This document shows positions 27,604 through 36,874 of a stretch of 60,315 nucleotides of DNA, one piece after another (position 1 is the stretch's first letter; each line of letters begins with the position of its first letter). Position numbers and translations under genes: made by a program. Source of the stretch: an uncultured Candidatus Saccharibacteria bacterium (GTDB taxonomy: Bacteria; Patescibacteriota; Minisyncoccia; UBA6257; GWB1-50-10); the NCBI GenBank assembly GCA_964419525.1, contig CAYQPG010000001.1, forward strand, positions 1 through 60,315, in the 5' to 3' direction. The notes under the pieces are model-generated. The model saw only the letters and a program-made list of their open reading frames with translations, made no database searches and had not been told where the DNA came from.

Positions 27604-27810
27604 TTATCCTTCGGACTCCTCCGTCAAATCTTCGTCATCCAATTTAAATTCGTTGTCGTCCATGTTCTCTCCGAGCTCTTTTTCAAAATCCTCCTTTTCG
27701 TCGACCTTGCCGGCGTCAGGAACCTCCAGTCCGGCATCATCGTCGTTGTCGTCTTCGTCGTAAGCGCTCAAAGACAAGAAGTTTAATCTTTTTAATTCGG
27801 TGGTTGCCAT
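27604..27810 (-). CDS. Small hyper-acidic protein (68 aa), hypothetical
   Basis: Asp/Glu-dominated sequence (YDEDDNDDDAGLEVPDAGKVDEKEDFEKELGENMDDNEFKLDDEDLTEESEG) with its own terminator. Confidence 0.45.
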   Translation of the reverse strand: MATTELKRLNFLSLSAYDEDDNDDDAGLEVPDAGKVDEKEDFEKELGENMDDNEFKLDDEDLTEESEG

Positions 27811-27916
27811 GTTCTCTTTGGATAACCCCGCATCGATTATTGTGTGTATGCGGTAGTAAAGCGACCTTTCATTTGTGATTTGAAATTATAATCAAGGTTC
27901 GTTAAATGTCAATATT

Positions 27917-28387
27917 TTAAAACTCTCCGGCGCTGGCTGCAATAGCTATGGCTAAGGCGTCAGTTGCGTCGTCGAGTAAGCCGTCGGTCTTTATTTTGAG
28001 GAGCAGTCCCACCATCTTGGCGACGGCTTTTTTGTCGGCCCGGCCATTGCCGGTGACCGACAGTTTAATGCTTTGCGGGGCGAGCTCGACGAGTTTAATG
28101 TTGTTCTCAAATATCACTTTATGAATCACCCCTCTCGCTTCGGCCACCCCCATGACCGTCTTTAGGTTTTTGGACACGAACAACTTTTCCAATCCAGCCG
28201 CATCCGGCTTGTATTTTTTGATTAATTTTTTTAGTTCGAGTTCCAAGAGGTGCAATTGTTCACCCGCGTTTTTTGAACCGCCTATTTTTAATATGCCGTT
28301 TTCCAAACACTCGAACAAACCCCTCTCTTTTTTTATCACTCCGTAGCCGGCCCTGACATTGCCCGGATCTATGCCTAAAACGATCAT
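27917..28387 (-). CDS. ruvC: Holliday junction resolvase RuvC
   Basis: MIVLGIDPG... and the C-terminal DATDALAIAI motif. Confidence 0.9.
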   Translation of the reverse strand: MIVLGIDPGNVRAGYGVIKKERGLFECLENGILKIGGSKNAGEQLHLLELELKKLIKKYKPDAAGLEKLFVSKNLKTVMGVAEARGVIHKVIFENNIKLVELAPQSIKLSVTGNGRADKKAVAKMVGLLLKIKTDGLLDDATDALAIAIAASAGEF

Positions 28388-28389
28388 TT

Positions 28390-28923
28390 TTAAATGTTGA
28401 TGTTGGTGTAGACCTTTTGTACGTCGTTTTGAGATTCCAATTCCTCGATCAAATTCCTTAGTTTGTCTTCGTGTCCTTCTTCGGCGGCTTGTTTAAATTT
28501 AGCGTTCCATTCGCCGTCGGGTGTTTTTTCGAAAGCCCACCGCACACTGCCCGGCTCGCCTAATTTTCCGTCGTTTTCCTTGAGAATGAGTTTTATCTCG
28601 TTGATGGTTCTGTTGCTGCTGTCGGTTATGGCTTCGAGTAGTATGGCTGCACCGCCCGGTCCGTAGCATTCGATCGTTATTTCTTCCAGATCACTGGCCG
28701 AATCCACCGACTTTTGAATGGCCCTTTCTATGTTGTCCTGGGGTACTTGGGTTTCGCGGGCCTTGGCTACGGCCGTGCGGAGTCTCGGGTTGAAATCGGG
28801 ATTAGGCTCGGATCTGGCGGCGATTGATACGGCGGCCAAGAGCTTGGAAAATTCCTTCCCTTTTTTCTTGTCGCTTACCGCTTTCTTTATCTTTATTTGT
28901 TTCCAATGGCTGTGCCCGGACAT
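28390..28923 (-). CDS. YebC/PmpR-family regulator (short, 177 aa)
   Basis: MSGHSHWKQIKIKKAVSDKKKGKEFSKL...NPRLRTAVAKARETQVPQDNIERAI. Shorter than the ~240 aa usual for this family. Confidence 0.8.
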   Translation of the reverse strand: MSGHSHWKQIKIKKAVSDKKKGKEFSKLLAAVSIAARSEPNPDFNPRLRTAVAKARETQVPQDNIERAIQKSVDSASDLEEITIECYGPGGAAILLEAITDSSNRTINEIKLILKENDGKLGEPGSVRWAFEKTPDGEWNAKFKQAAEEGHEDKLRNLIEELESQNDVQKVYTNINI

Positions 28924-28926
28924 GTC

Positions 28927-30291
28927 TCAAATATTGCCGATCGTGGTCGAATTTCCGTTCTTCGGCCATAACGATCTGTCAGTCGGCAACGTGAACCAAA
29001 AAGTGGTTCCTCTCCCGACTTGGGACTCGACGGATATCTTGCCGCCGTGCGCCTCAATGATGTTCTTGGTTATGTACATGCCTAAGCCGCTGCCGTTAGG
29101 TTCAGCGCGTTCGGCGTTCTCGCTCCGGTAGAATTTCTGAAACATTTTAGGAAGGTTTTCTTTCGGTATGCCTATGCCGGTATCGGATATGCTCACTCTT
29201 ACGTATCTGGCGTCGGAACTTTCCGGTTCGACCAGGATATCGATGGTGCCGCCCTTGACGTTGTATTTTATGGCGTTGTCAATTATGTTGGTCACGGCCA
29301 TGCTAAGCTTTTCAGTGTCGGTGAACACGTCATATTTTTCGGACGAGGAGGAAATGCTTATTCTCACATTGTATTCCTCGGCTATGACTTCGGCGGCCTG
29401 CTTTATTTTTTTAAGCATATCGACGATGTTGGTCTCTTCGAAGTTGAATCCGAATTTACCCTCTTCTATTTTGGCTGCGTTCAGGAGGTCGTCTATTATT
29501 TTAAGCGACCTCTTGGACAGCCCCCATCCCTCGCTCACTAATTTAGAGACCTCCTCCTTGTTCTTTAAAAGGCCGTCGTCCGGCAGGTAGGATTTTAAGC
29601 TTTCAAACGTCCAGCTCATGGCCGTGATGGGCGTCCTTAATTGGTGGGCGGACACCGTCAAAAACTCGCTCTTTGATTCAAGTATGGTGCTTTCCCTGGT
29701 GTTATTGGAGACTATCTTAAGGAAGCCGATGATCTGGCCGCTTTCGTCCGGTATCTGATTCAGGACGGTTCTTAATTCCAAATGCGGATCTTCGAATGTT
29801 ATGTCAACCACCTTGGGCCAGCCTGAGTCGGAGATGGTGTTTATTGAAGTGGCCAGGGACGGGAATACCGTCTGGATGAAAACCCTCAAATGCGGACTTT
29901 TCACCATGTCCGGCCGCACCTCGGTTCCCACCACCTCTTCTTTGGAGATGCCGAAAATACCCTCGGCCGATTTATTGAGATCGAGGACCCTAAAGTTCGT
30001 GTCATAGACTATTATGCCGTCCTTTACGTTTTGAATGACCGATTCCAGCTCCAGGTTTCTGGCCTTATTCTCGAAACTAATTTTGGAAACGGTTTTGTAA
30101 TCGGACAGCAGGTACAGGAAGATGATGAGAAAAAGTATCGAATCTATGAATATTACTGGGCCGGAGACGAATAAGATGTTGGCTATTATGAGGGCCAATA
30201 AACTCGCGAGCAGAAAGATTGGCTTCTTGCTTCCGCTCCGCCTGGAGTAAAAATCAAGCTCTTTTATGAAATTTATCGGATTAAGGCTCAT
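28927..30291 (-). CDS. Membrane sensor histidine kinase (PAS-HisKA-HATPase)
   Basis: Two N-terminal TM helices, H-box SAHQLRTPITAM, N-box NAIKYN, G-boxes DTGIGI and GSGLGM. No response regulator is in the window. Confidence 0.85.
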   Translation of the reverse strand: MSLNPINFIKELDFYSRRSGSKKPIFLLASLLALIIANILFVSGPVIFIDSILFLIIFLYLLSDYKTVSKISFENKARNLELESVIQNVKDGIIVYDTNFRVLDLNKSAEGIFGISKEEVVGTEVRPDMVKSPHLRVFIQTVFPSLATSINTISDSGWPKVVDITFEDPHLELRTVLNQIPDESGQIIGFLKIVSNNTRESTILESKSEFLTVSAHQLRTPITAMSWTFESLKSYLPDDGLLKNKEEVSKLVSEGWGLSKRSLKIIDDLLNAAKIEEGKFGFNFEETNIVDMLKKIKQAAEVIAEEYNVRISISSSSEKYDVFTDTEKLSMAVTNIIDNAIKYNVKGGTIDILVEPESSDARYVRVSISDTGIGIPKENLPKMFQKFYRSENAERAEPNGSGLGMYITKNIIEAHGGKISVESQVGRGTTFWFTLPTDRSLWPKNGNSTTIGNI

Positions 30292-32719
30292 AATTTTCCA
30301 TGGACCCCCATTTTTTGCCGCGTTTTACGCCGATTTTGAGCGGTACGCTCAGTTTTTGCGCGCTCTCCATTGATTCTTTTATCTGGGGTATTGTTTCCAT
30401 TAGAATATCATCCCGTATTTCAAAGAGCAATTCGTCGTGTATGGTAAGGATAGCCTTGGCCTTGTTCTCCATTGCGTTTTTTCTAAGGAGGTTGATCGAA
30501 TTAATCATGGCCCTTTTCAATATGTCGGCCCCCAGACCCTGAATGGGCATGTTCACGGCTGCCCTTTCGTTTTCCGATCTTATTTTTTGGCTGAAGGGTT
30601 CGCCGAACCATCTTTTGCGCCCATTTTTGTCTTCCGCGAAACCACTGTTCTCGGCGGCCAGTTTGGTTTCTTCTTGCCATTTTTTGATTCCGGGAAACAT
30701 CTCGAAGTATTTTTTAATGAAGTTCTCGGCTTCCTTGAGTTTTATGCCGGCCGTCTCGCTGAAAGCCCTGGCTCCCATGCCGTATACCATGCCGAAATTC
30801 AATGTCTTGCCTATCCTTCTCTCTTCTTTGGTCACCTTGCTCTCCGGTACCCCGAATATCTCCGAAGCCGTGGCTCGGTGTATGTCCTCGTCTTTCAAAA
30901 AAGCCTCTTTGAGTTTTTGGTCCTGAGAAGCGTCGGCTAAAAGCCTCAATTCCAGCTGGGAATAATCGAAGGACACAAGGCTCCAACCTTCCTCGGCCAC
31001 AAAAACATCCCTTATTTTTTTGGACCACGACGATTCTTGCGGTATATTTTGCAGATTCGGTTTTTCCGAGGAGAGTCGTCCAGTGGCGGTGCCCGTCTGA
31101 ACGAAAGTCGTCCGGAGCCGCCCGTCGCCGGCTGTCAGAGAAAGTATCGGCTCCAGGTACGTCGATTTCATTTTGAACGTCTCCCGGTATTCCATGAGGA
31201 GATCCACGATCTTCATGCCTTTCATCGACGACAGATTCCCGAACGACGTGGATAACTGTCCCGATTTGGTTTTTTTATTTTTGGTCGGCTTGATTTTGAG
31301 GTTGTCGAATATCGCCGACGACACTTGTTTCGGCGAATTGAGGTTGAAAGAAAAACCGGCTTCCTCGAATATTTCCTTTGAGACGTCGTCGAGTTTGTCG
31401 CCGAGTTCCCGGGAAACGGTTTCGGCCGCTTCCTTGTCGATCTTTATCCCGGTAAGTTCCATTTGGGCCAATATTTCCACGAGGGGCATTTCGAGTTCGT
31501 GAAATATCTTGCCGAGTCCGTTTTTGTCAATTTTGTTTTTCAATATAAGAAACAAGTTTTTCCAGTCGGAGTCGTCCGACGCAGCCTCCCTGCCCATCGT
31601 TTTTTTCACAACCTCCTCTTTGGAGAAGCGGAACGAGTCCGGATGGGTTAGCCAGTAAGCGACGGATATGTCGAAGATGTTTTTGGGGACCTCCTTGTTT
31701 TCTTTGATGAACGTCTTGATTATCGGCTTCCATTCCCAAGCCACCTTGTAATTTTTGCTTAAGTGCCCGGTCTGGTTAAGTTCTCCGTTCGGCGGCACGA
31801 AAAATGCGTTCAGGGAGGCTGTGTCGTTTTCGGGCGCCGGCTTCGCAATGCTCACGGTTTCCGGGGCGAGCCTTCTTGAGAGAGTATCGAAATCCCACCG
31901 TTCGAAATATTTTTTAATCGTCGTCTTGTAGTCGGCTTTGAACGCCAAATCGTCCAATTCGGCGTTTATCGGCACGGACCTGTCTATAGTGGCCAATCTT
32001 TTCGACAGAAGAGCCGTGTCTCTCTCTGGGAGTATTTTTTCGGCTACCCTGTCGTCGGGACGCGGCCCGTTGAATATGGCCTCGAGACCGCCGTAGTCTT
32101 TAATGAGTTTTTCGGCTGTTTTCGGCCCCACGCTTCTGACGCCCGGAATATTGTCGGATTTGTCTCCGACCAATCCTTTGTAGTCCGCGAGTAGTCTGGG
32201 CGGCAGGCCGTATCTTTCGATTACGGCCGCCTCGTTATAATAGGCCGTTTCGCTCACTCCTTTTTTGAGTATTTCGACGGCTATTTTGTCGCCATTGACC
32301 AATTGGAGCGTGTCCAGGTCGCCGGTCAGTATGATGACGTTGATCCCGTCGTGTTCGCCGAATTTTTCGGCGAAGGTGCCTATTATATCGTCGGCCTCGA
32401 AACCGGCTCTTTCGAATGTTTTTATGCCGAAAGCCTTGAATGTTTCTCTGGCCTCCACTATCTGCGATATGAGTTCGTCCGGGGCTTTGGGTCTCGTCGC
32501 TTTGTAATCCTCGAACATTTCCTTTCTGAACGTTGTTTCCGGTCTGTCAAACGCGGCCGCCACGAAATCCGGTTTCCGTTCCTTCAGGGTTTTAAGCAAA
32601 ATACTCGAAAGTCCGTACAAAGCTCCCGACGGTTCACCCTTTTTGGATGTCAGCGGCGGCAAGGCGTGGAAGGCCCTATGGATCAAGGAATTGGCGTCTA
32701 TTAAGAGAAGCTCCTTCAT
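30281..32719 (-). CDS. polA: DNA polymerase I (5'-3' exonuclease plus polymerase domains)
   Basis: N-terminal FEN-like LLIDANSLIHRAFHA and GDKSDNIPGV. Polymerase motifs DYSQLELR, RRIGKTLNFGMVYG and HDELLFE. Confidence 0.95.
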   Translation of the reverse strand: MKELLLIDANSLIHRAFHALPPLTSKKGEPSGALYGLSSILLKTLKERKPDFVAAAFDRPETTFRKEMFEDYKATRPKAPDELISQIVEARETFKAFGIKTFERAGFEADDIIGTFAEKFGEHDGINVIILTGDLDTLQLVNGDKIAVEILKKGVSETAYYNEAAVIERYGLPPRLLADYKGLVGDKSDNIPGVRSVGPKTAEKLIKDYGGLEAIFNGPRPDDRVAEKILPERDTALLSKRLATIDRSVPINAELDDLAFKADYKTTIKKYFERWDFDTLSRRLAPETVSIAKPAPENDTASLNAFFVPPNGELNQTGHLSKNYKVAWEWKPIIKTFIKENKEVPKNIFDISVAYWLTHPDSFRFSKEEVVKKTMGREAASDDSDWKNLFLILKNKIDKNGLGKIFHELEMPLVEILAQMELTGIKIDKEAAETVSRELGDKLDDVSKEIFEEAGFSFNLNSPKQVSSAIFDNLKIKPTKNKKTKSGQLSTSFGNLSSMKGMKIVDLLMEYRETFKMKSTYLEPILSLTAGDGRLRTTFVQTGTATGRLSSEKPNLQNIPQESSWSKKIRDVFVAEEGWSLVSFDYSQLELRLLADASQDQKLKEAFLKDEDIHRATASEIFGVPESKVTKEERRIGKTLNFGMVYGMGARAFSETAGIKLKEAENFIKKYFEMFPGIKKWQEETKLAAENSGFAEDKNGRKRWFGEPFSQKIRSENERAAVNMPIQGLGADILKRAMINSINLLRKNAMENKAKAILTIHDELLFEIRDDILMETIPQIKESMESAQKLSVPLKIGVKRGKKWGSMENYEP

Positions 32720-33174
32720 TTTTTGCCGCGTTGTTTAAAAAGGAAAACCCTTCCGTTCTCTTTCTTGTGACTTATGGTTATCCATACCGCGTCTTTTGGA
32801 AGGAATCCCTTTATCAAATCGGCCCATTCTACGGCCACGACGTTACTTTCTTCATTAAGGGCTTTTTTTACACCGGTGACCTCAAGATCCCTCTCGGTTT
32901 TCATTCTGTAGGCGTCGACGTGGTGAAAATTTTTGTAACCTGGTTTGTTCTTCGGCATGTCGTATCTTCTGGTCATTAGAAACGTCGGGCTGGTTATCCT
33001 GCGCCTGATTCCGAGTCCTTTTGCCAGCCCTTTTATGAATGTGGTCTTACCGGTTCCCAGGTCGCCCTTGAGCGCTATGACGAACGGCCTGCGCCGGCTC
33101 GTAAGTACGCTTTCCCCAAAAGCCCTGGCCAAGCGCGACGTCTCTGATTTTGATTTCGTTTCTATAATTATCAA
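32716..33174 (-). CDS. tsaE: tRNA t6A biosynthesis ATPase TsaE
   Basis: LKGDLGTGKTTFIKGLAKGLG, HVDAYR. Confidence 0.85.
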   Translation of the reverse strand: MIIIETKSKSETSRLARAFGESVLTSRRRPFVIALKGDLGTGKTTFIKGLAKGLGIRRRITSPTFLMTRRYDMPKNKPGYKNFHHVDAYRMKTERDLEVTGVKKALNEESNVVAVEWADLIKGFLPKDAVWITISHKKENGRVFLFKQRGKK

Positions 33175-34190
33175 ATAAGTTTTTTACTTTTTTCCAAGCC
33201 CAAGTGTTCGTTGGCCGCGGCGGTGGTCGTCCTGCCCGACGGCGTGCGATTCAGGAATCCGATTTTCATCAAAAAAGGCTCATATACTTCCTCTATTGTT
33301 TCCATTTCTTCATTAAGGGCCGCAGCCAGGGTTTTAAGGCCCACCGGTCCGCCTCCGAATTTGGTTATGATTGTTTTTAGGAGTTCCCTGTCGGCCTCTT
33401 CGAGACCCAAGGAGTCAACGTCCAGCATGTTGAGCGTGTTTTTGACTACCTCCTCGTCTATTTCAGTCGCCTTGTTGACCTGAGCATAATCCCTGGCGCG
33501 TTTCAAAAGTCTGTTCGCCACGCGCGGCGTGAAGCGCGACGCTTCAGCCAGTTTTTTTACGGCCCCGCCGGTTATTGCGACTCCCAAAATGTTCGCGGAA
33601 CGCTTGATTATCCTTTCTATATCCCCGTTTTGATAATAATCCAACCTGAAAGTGGCTCCGAAGCGCGACCGAAGAGGCGCGGAAAGAAGATTGACCTTGG
33701 TCGTCGCGCCGATGACCGTGAATGGAGGCAGATCCAGCGTGAATGTTTTGGCGGCCGGACCTTTGCCTATTATGAGGTGCAGTTTCCTTGACTCCAGAGC
33801 CGGATAAAATATCTCCTCCACCATCTTGTTTATTCTGTGTATCTCGTCTATAAACAGCACTTCGTTCGGCTCCAGATTCGAGAGTATGGCGGCTATGTCG
33901 CCGGGTTTCTCGAGGGCCGGTCCCGACGTGGATCTGACCTGTACGCCCATCTCGCGCCCTATGATGTAAGCCAGCGTGGTTTTGCCGAGACCGGCTTGTC
34001 CGTAAAAAAGCAGGTGGTCGGAACTTTCATTTCTTTGTTTGGCCGCTTCTATTATCAATTTTAAATGAGCCTTTACCTTGTCCTGCCCGACGTACTCTTC
34101 GAAGCTTTTGGGCCTTAAGAGTTGTTCCAGATTTTGAACGTCATCGCTTATCGATTTTTCGTTATTGTCAGGCGCGTATGTTTTATCCAT
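33171..34190 (-). CDS. ruvB: Holliday junction helicase RuvB
   Basis: LRPKSFEEYVGQ, GQAGLGKTTLA, LFIDEIHR. Confidence 0.95.
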   Translation of the reverse strand: MDKTYAPDNNEKSISDDVQNLEQLLRPKSFEEYVGQDKVKAHLKLIIEAAKQRNESSDHLLFYGQAGLGKTTLAYIIGREMGVQVRSTSGPALEKPGDIAAILSNLEPNEVLFIDEIHRINKMVEEIFYPALESRKLHLIIGKGPAAKTFTLDLPPFTVIGATTKVNLLSAPLRSRFGATFRLDYYQNGDIERIIKRSANILGVAITGGAVKKLAEASRFTPRVANRLLKRARDYAQVNKATEIDEEVVKNTLNMLDVDSLGLEEADRELLKTIITKFGGGPVGLKTLAAALNEEMETIEEVYEPFLMKIGFLNRTPSGRTTTAAANEHLGLEKSKKLI

Positions 34191-34253
34191 TATTGATTAT
34201 TATACACCCAAAAAACCTTATTTTTGCTACCTTTTAGAGGGCACCAGTAGGGA

Positions 34254-34282
34254 TTGACATTTAAATGTGTTTGTGATAGTAT
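34254..34282 (+). promoter_or_regulatory. Sigma70-like promoter of the orphan sRNA
   Basis: TTGACA (34254-34259), a 17-nt spacer containing TG at 34274-34275, then TAGTAT (34277-34282). Confidence 0.45.
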
Positions 34283-34288
34283 TGTCTT

Positions 34289-34471
34289 TGTCTTTAATTG
34301 GAGGCCTGTGGGCAGGAGATTTACTCCAGATTTCGGACGGCTTGGTTTCGGCTGGGCTCATCCTCGAGAAAATCTTACATAAAGCCTCTCCTTACGGCAT
34401 TATGCCCACAGACCCCCGGTTAAAGACTATGCCTCCCGAGTACCGATAGGTGCTCGGGAGGCTTTGTTTTT
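34289..34471 (+). ncRNA. Orphan structured small RNA (~180 nt, rod-like; identity unknown, possibly 6S-like)
   Basis: Begins about 7 nt after the -10 element. Long-range helices gtctttaa 34290-34297 / ttaaagac 34420-34427 and ctgtgggca 34306-34314 / tgcccacag 34403-34411. Ends in the hairpin gcctcccgag...ctcgggaggc (34431-34462) plus tttgttttt. The 60-aa ORF here is implausible as a gene. Confidence 0.5.
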
Positions 34472-34509
34472 GTTGTTTTTACGGTTGCGGTCCGGCGCGA
34501 CGGCCTTTC

Positions 34510-36222
34510 CTACCATAGGATCGGTCCGGTGAGTCTTTCCACCTCGCTCAAGCTCGTGATGCCGCGCAGCACCTTCAGTACGCCGTCCTCTTGCATCGTC
34601 ACCATGCCTTGCTCATTGGCCAGTTTTTTCAATTGTATCTCCGTCGGGTTTTGGTAGATCAATCCTTCTATCTTTTCGTCCACCAGGAAGAGCTCGAAAA
34701 TTGACGTTCTGCCTTTGTATCCTATGTTGGCACATTTGTCGCAGCCGACAGCCTCGTATATTTCAAAATCCTTATAAGGCGACAAATCCACGCGTTTCGG
34801 CAGTTTTCCGAGGAGCGATTTTATGTTGGCTTCAAGTTCTCCGTTCGGGGCCGCTTCTTTTTTGCAGAACGGACAAAGTTTCCTGACGAGCCTCTGGGCT
34901 ATGATGAGGCTGAGCGAGGGTCCCAAAATGTTCGTCGGGACATCGAGGTCCATCAATCTCGGTATGGCGCCGACGGCGTCGTTCGTGTGGAGCGTCGAAA
35001 ACACCAAGTGTCCGGTCAAAGCCGCATTCAGGGCTATCTCGGCCGTTTCCTTGTCCCTTATTTCGCCGACGAGGATTATATTCGGGTCTTGTCTAAGAAT
35101 GGACCTGAGTCCCGAGGCAAACGTATAGCCGGCATCCTGATCGACCTGCGTTTGGGAAATGCCCGGTAGGTGGTATTCAATAGGATCTTCAACGGTTATG
35201 ATTTTTATTTCCGGCTTGAAAACTTTCCGGAGGAACGCGTAAAGAGTGGTAGTTTTTCCGGATCCGGTCGGTCCGGTGTTCAATATCAATCCGTTCGGTT
35301 TTTTTATCTCGGCTTCTATTATCTTTAGGTCGTCGGGTCTCCAGCCTAATTCTTCCAAATTCACTTTCAAGGATAGCGGATCGAGTAACCTTAAAACCAC
35401 AGTTTCGCCGTAATCGGACGGTATAATTGAAGTTCTTATCTCTATGTCCCTGTCGGTGAGGGCTATGGTGAAGCGTCCGTCCTGGGCTTCGTCGGAGATG
35501 TTTATTTTCAGGTTCGATAGCAGTTTTATCCTCGTGACTATCGATCGATAGTTCATTTTACTGAACTTGTCGAATATGTTGTGGAGCAATCCGTCTATCC
35601 GGAGCCTTAATACGCCGCTCTCCGCGGTTGGCTCAAGGTGGATGTCGGAAGCTCCCAGTGATATGGCTCCCGAGAGTATTATCTCCAGCATCTGGGAAAG
35701 ATATGGACTATCGAAACTTTCAAGAAGGCCGCTCAAGTCGGTCAATTTTTTTATTTTATCCTCGAGTTCCCTGAGTTTATCCTCGTCTATCTCGACCCGG
35801 CCGCTTATTTCTTTCTCGGGTACGATGTATTTATAGTAGCTCCAGGCGTGATTCAGGCTCGTGAGCGAAGTAATGCTCAATAAAACGTCGCGCTTTTTCT
35901 TGAGTTCTTCGATGGCCTCTTTGGTGTTTGTGAGGTCCGGATCGAAGACGGCGATGGAGATGTTCTTTTTTGTTACTTTAAGCGGTACGAGGAGCGATTT
36001 CCTGGCTTTATCTTCGGGTATTTCTTCCAGGGCTTTTATCTCCGCGGGAACCTTATCGGAGATGAGATTCAGGTAGGGGAGCTTGTGTTTGTCGGCGCGC
36101 CTCTTGGCGTCGCCTTCCTCCGCCCCTCTTTTTTGATTTTTGAGCTCTTCATTAATATCGCCCGTGGATTGGAACATCAGATAAATTATACAAGGAAGAG
36201 ACGGCTGGTAACAAGCAATCAA
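34510..36222 (-). CDS. pilB: GspE/PilB-family type II/IV secretion (type IV pilus assembly) ATPase
   Basis: Walker A GPTGSGKTT, Asp/His boxes (ILVGEIRD, VFSTLHTND) and the tetra-Cys motif CPFC...CDKC. The likely true start is ATG 36177. Confidence 0.85.
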   Translation of the reverse strand: MIACYQPSLPCIIYLMFQSTGDINEELKNQKRGAEEGDAKRRADKHKLPYLNLISDKVPAEIKALEEIPEDKARKSLLVPLKVTKKNISIAVFDPDLTNTKEAIEELKKKRDVLLSITSLTSLNHAWSYYKYIVPEKEISGRVEIDEDKLRELEDKIKKLTDLSGLLESFDSPYLSQMLEIILSGAISLGASDIHLEPTAESGVLRLRIDGLLHNIFDKFSKMNYRSIVTRIKLLSNLKINISDEAQDGRFTIALTDRDIEIRTSIIPSDYGETVVLRLLDPLSLKVNLEELGWRPDDLKIIEAEIKKPNGLILNTGPTGSGKTTTLYAFLRKVFKPEIKIITVEDPIEYHLPGISQTQVDQDAGYTFASGLRSILRQDPNIILVGEIRDKETAEIALNAALTGHLVFSTLHTNDAVGAIPRLMDLDVPTNILGPSLSLIIAQRLVRKLCPFCKKEAAPNGELEANIKSLLGKLPKRVDLSPYKDFEIYEAVGCDKCANIGYKGRTSIFELFLVDEKIEGLIYQNPTEIQLKKLANEQGMVTMQEDGVLKVLRGITSLSEVERLTGPILW

Positions 36223-36317
36223 ACCCCCTTCCCGATTGTTATTGACTAAACTTGAATATTTTGGTATAATTCAAAAACAATCAGAGACAGAGTTCTTAAA
36301 CAAGAAGGAGGAATAAA

Positions 36318-36764
36318 ATGTCTCCCAAAAAGATAGCGCTCGCCTTGGCCGTGATTTCCCTGTTTGCCGTCTCTACCTCCGGATGCATGACGTTCATGTA
36401 CCCCTACACCCCGACGGTGGTGGATGTCGGAAAAGGGAAGGTTATAAAAAAGGGAGGATTCCCAATAACCTTCGGAGGAGTCAAAGTTGTGAACGGCACC
36501 TCTTATTCCGTCAATTTCGTTCAAAGCGGGAAATGGGGGGACGAGTATTACGCCCTGGATGTACCTCCCGGAGGGACGTTTTTTTTCTACTGGGACGCCG
36601 AACAATATCCCAGTATGGCCATAACGGCCCGGGTGTGCGGTACCGAGCAAACCGTATCCCAGGTCTTCAGCGGCGGAGCGAGCTATGGCTCTTACACTCC
36701 GCGTCCGCAGATCTGGACCGTGTATGTGGATGGGGAAGGCAATCTGAGGGCTCACTCTCAGTAG
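36318..36764 (+). CDS. Lipoprotein, hypothetical
   Basis: AAGGAGG lies 6 nt upstream of the ATG. Lipobox AVSTSGC. Followed by a terminator. Confidence 0.6.
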   Translation: MSPKKIALALAVISLFAVSTSGCMTFMYPYTPTVVDVGKGKVIKKGGFPITFGGVKVVNGTSYSVNFVQSGKWGDEYYALDVPPGGTFFFYWDAEQYPSMAITARVCGTEQTVSQVFSGGASYGSYTPRPQIWTVYVDGEGNLRAHSQ

Positions 36765-36778
36765 GCCAAATATGTTGA

Positions 36779-36820
36779 GGCGGCATGCATCTTTTCGATC
36801 GTGCCGCCTTCTGTTTTTTG
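36779..36820 (+). terminator. Rho-independent terminator
   Basis: ggcggca...tgccgcc hairpin (36779-36808) followed by ttctgttttttg. Confidence 0.65.
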
Positions 36821-36874
36821 CGCTCGACGGATCGCGCTTGAAAATTGAGAATTAAAAATTGAAAATTGACATAT

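Noticed and set aside
28390-28923. The short YebC (177 aa) and short RnpA (82 aa) considered as pseudogenes.
   Set aside because: Both are intact ORFs with conserved N-terminal motifs and tight operon spacing. Reduced domain architecture is common in very small genomes. I cannot show truncation without alignments.
28927-30291. Orphan histidine kinase overlapping polA by 11 nt, considered as a sign of a novel signalling module.
   Set aside because: A lone HK without a neighbouring response regulator is common, the overlap is ordinary operon packing, and nothing else in the sequence is unusual.
34267-34449. 60-aa ORF between ruvB and pilB.
   Set aside because: It sits inside a promoter-to-terminator unit whose sequence is dominated by long-range base pairing. 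There is no Shine-Dalgarno sequence. I interpret the locus as an sRNA.
34510-36222. The PilB/GspE ATPase considered as the missing VirB11 or coupling ATPase of the T4SS-like operon.
   Set aside because: It lies 14 kb away on the opposite strand. It has the long N-terminal GspE_N-type region and the tetra-Cys motif typical of type IV pilus and T2SS ATPases, not VirB11 or VirD4.
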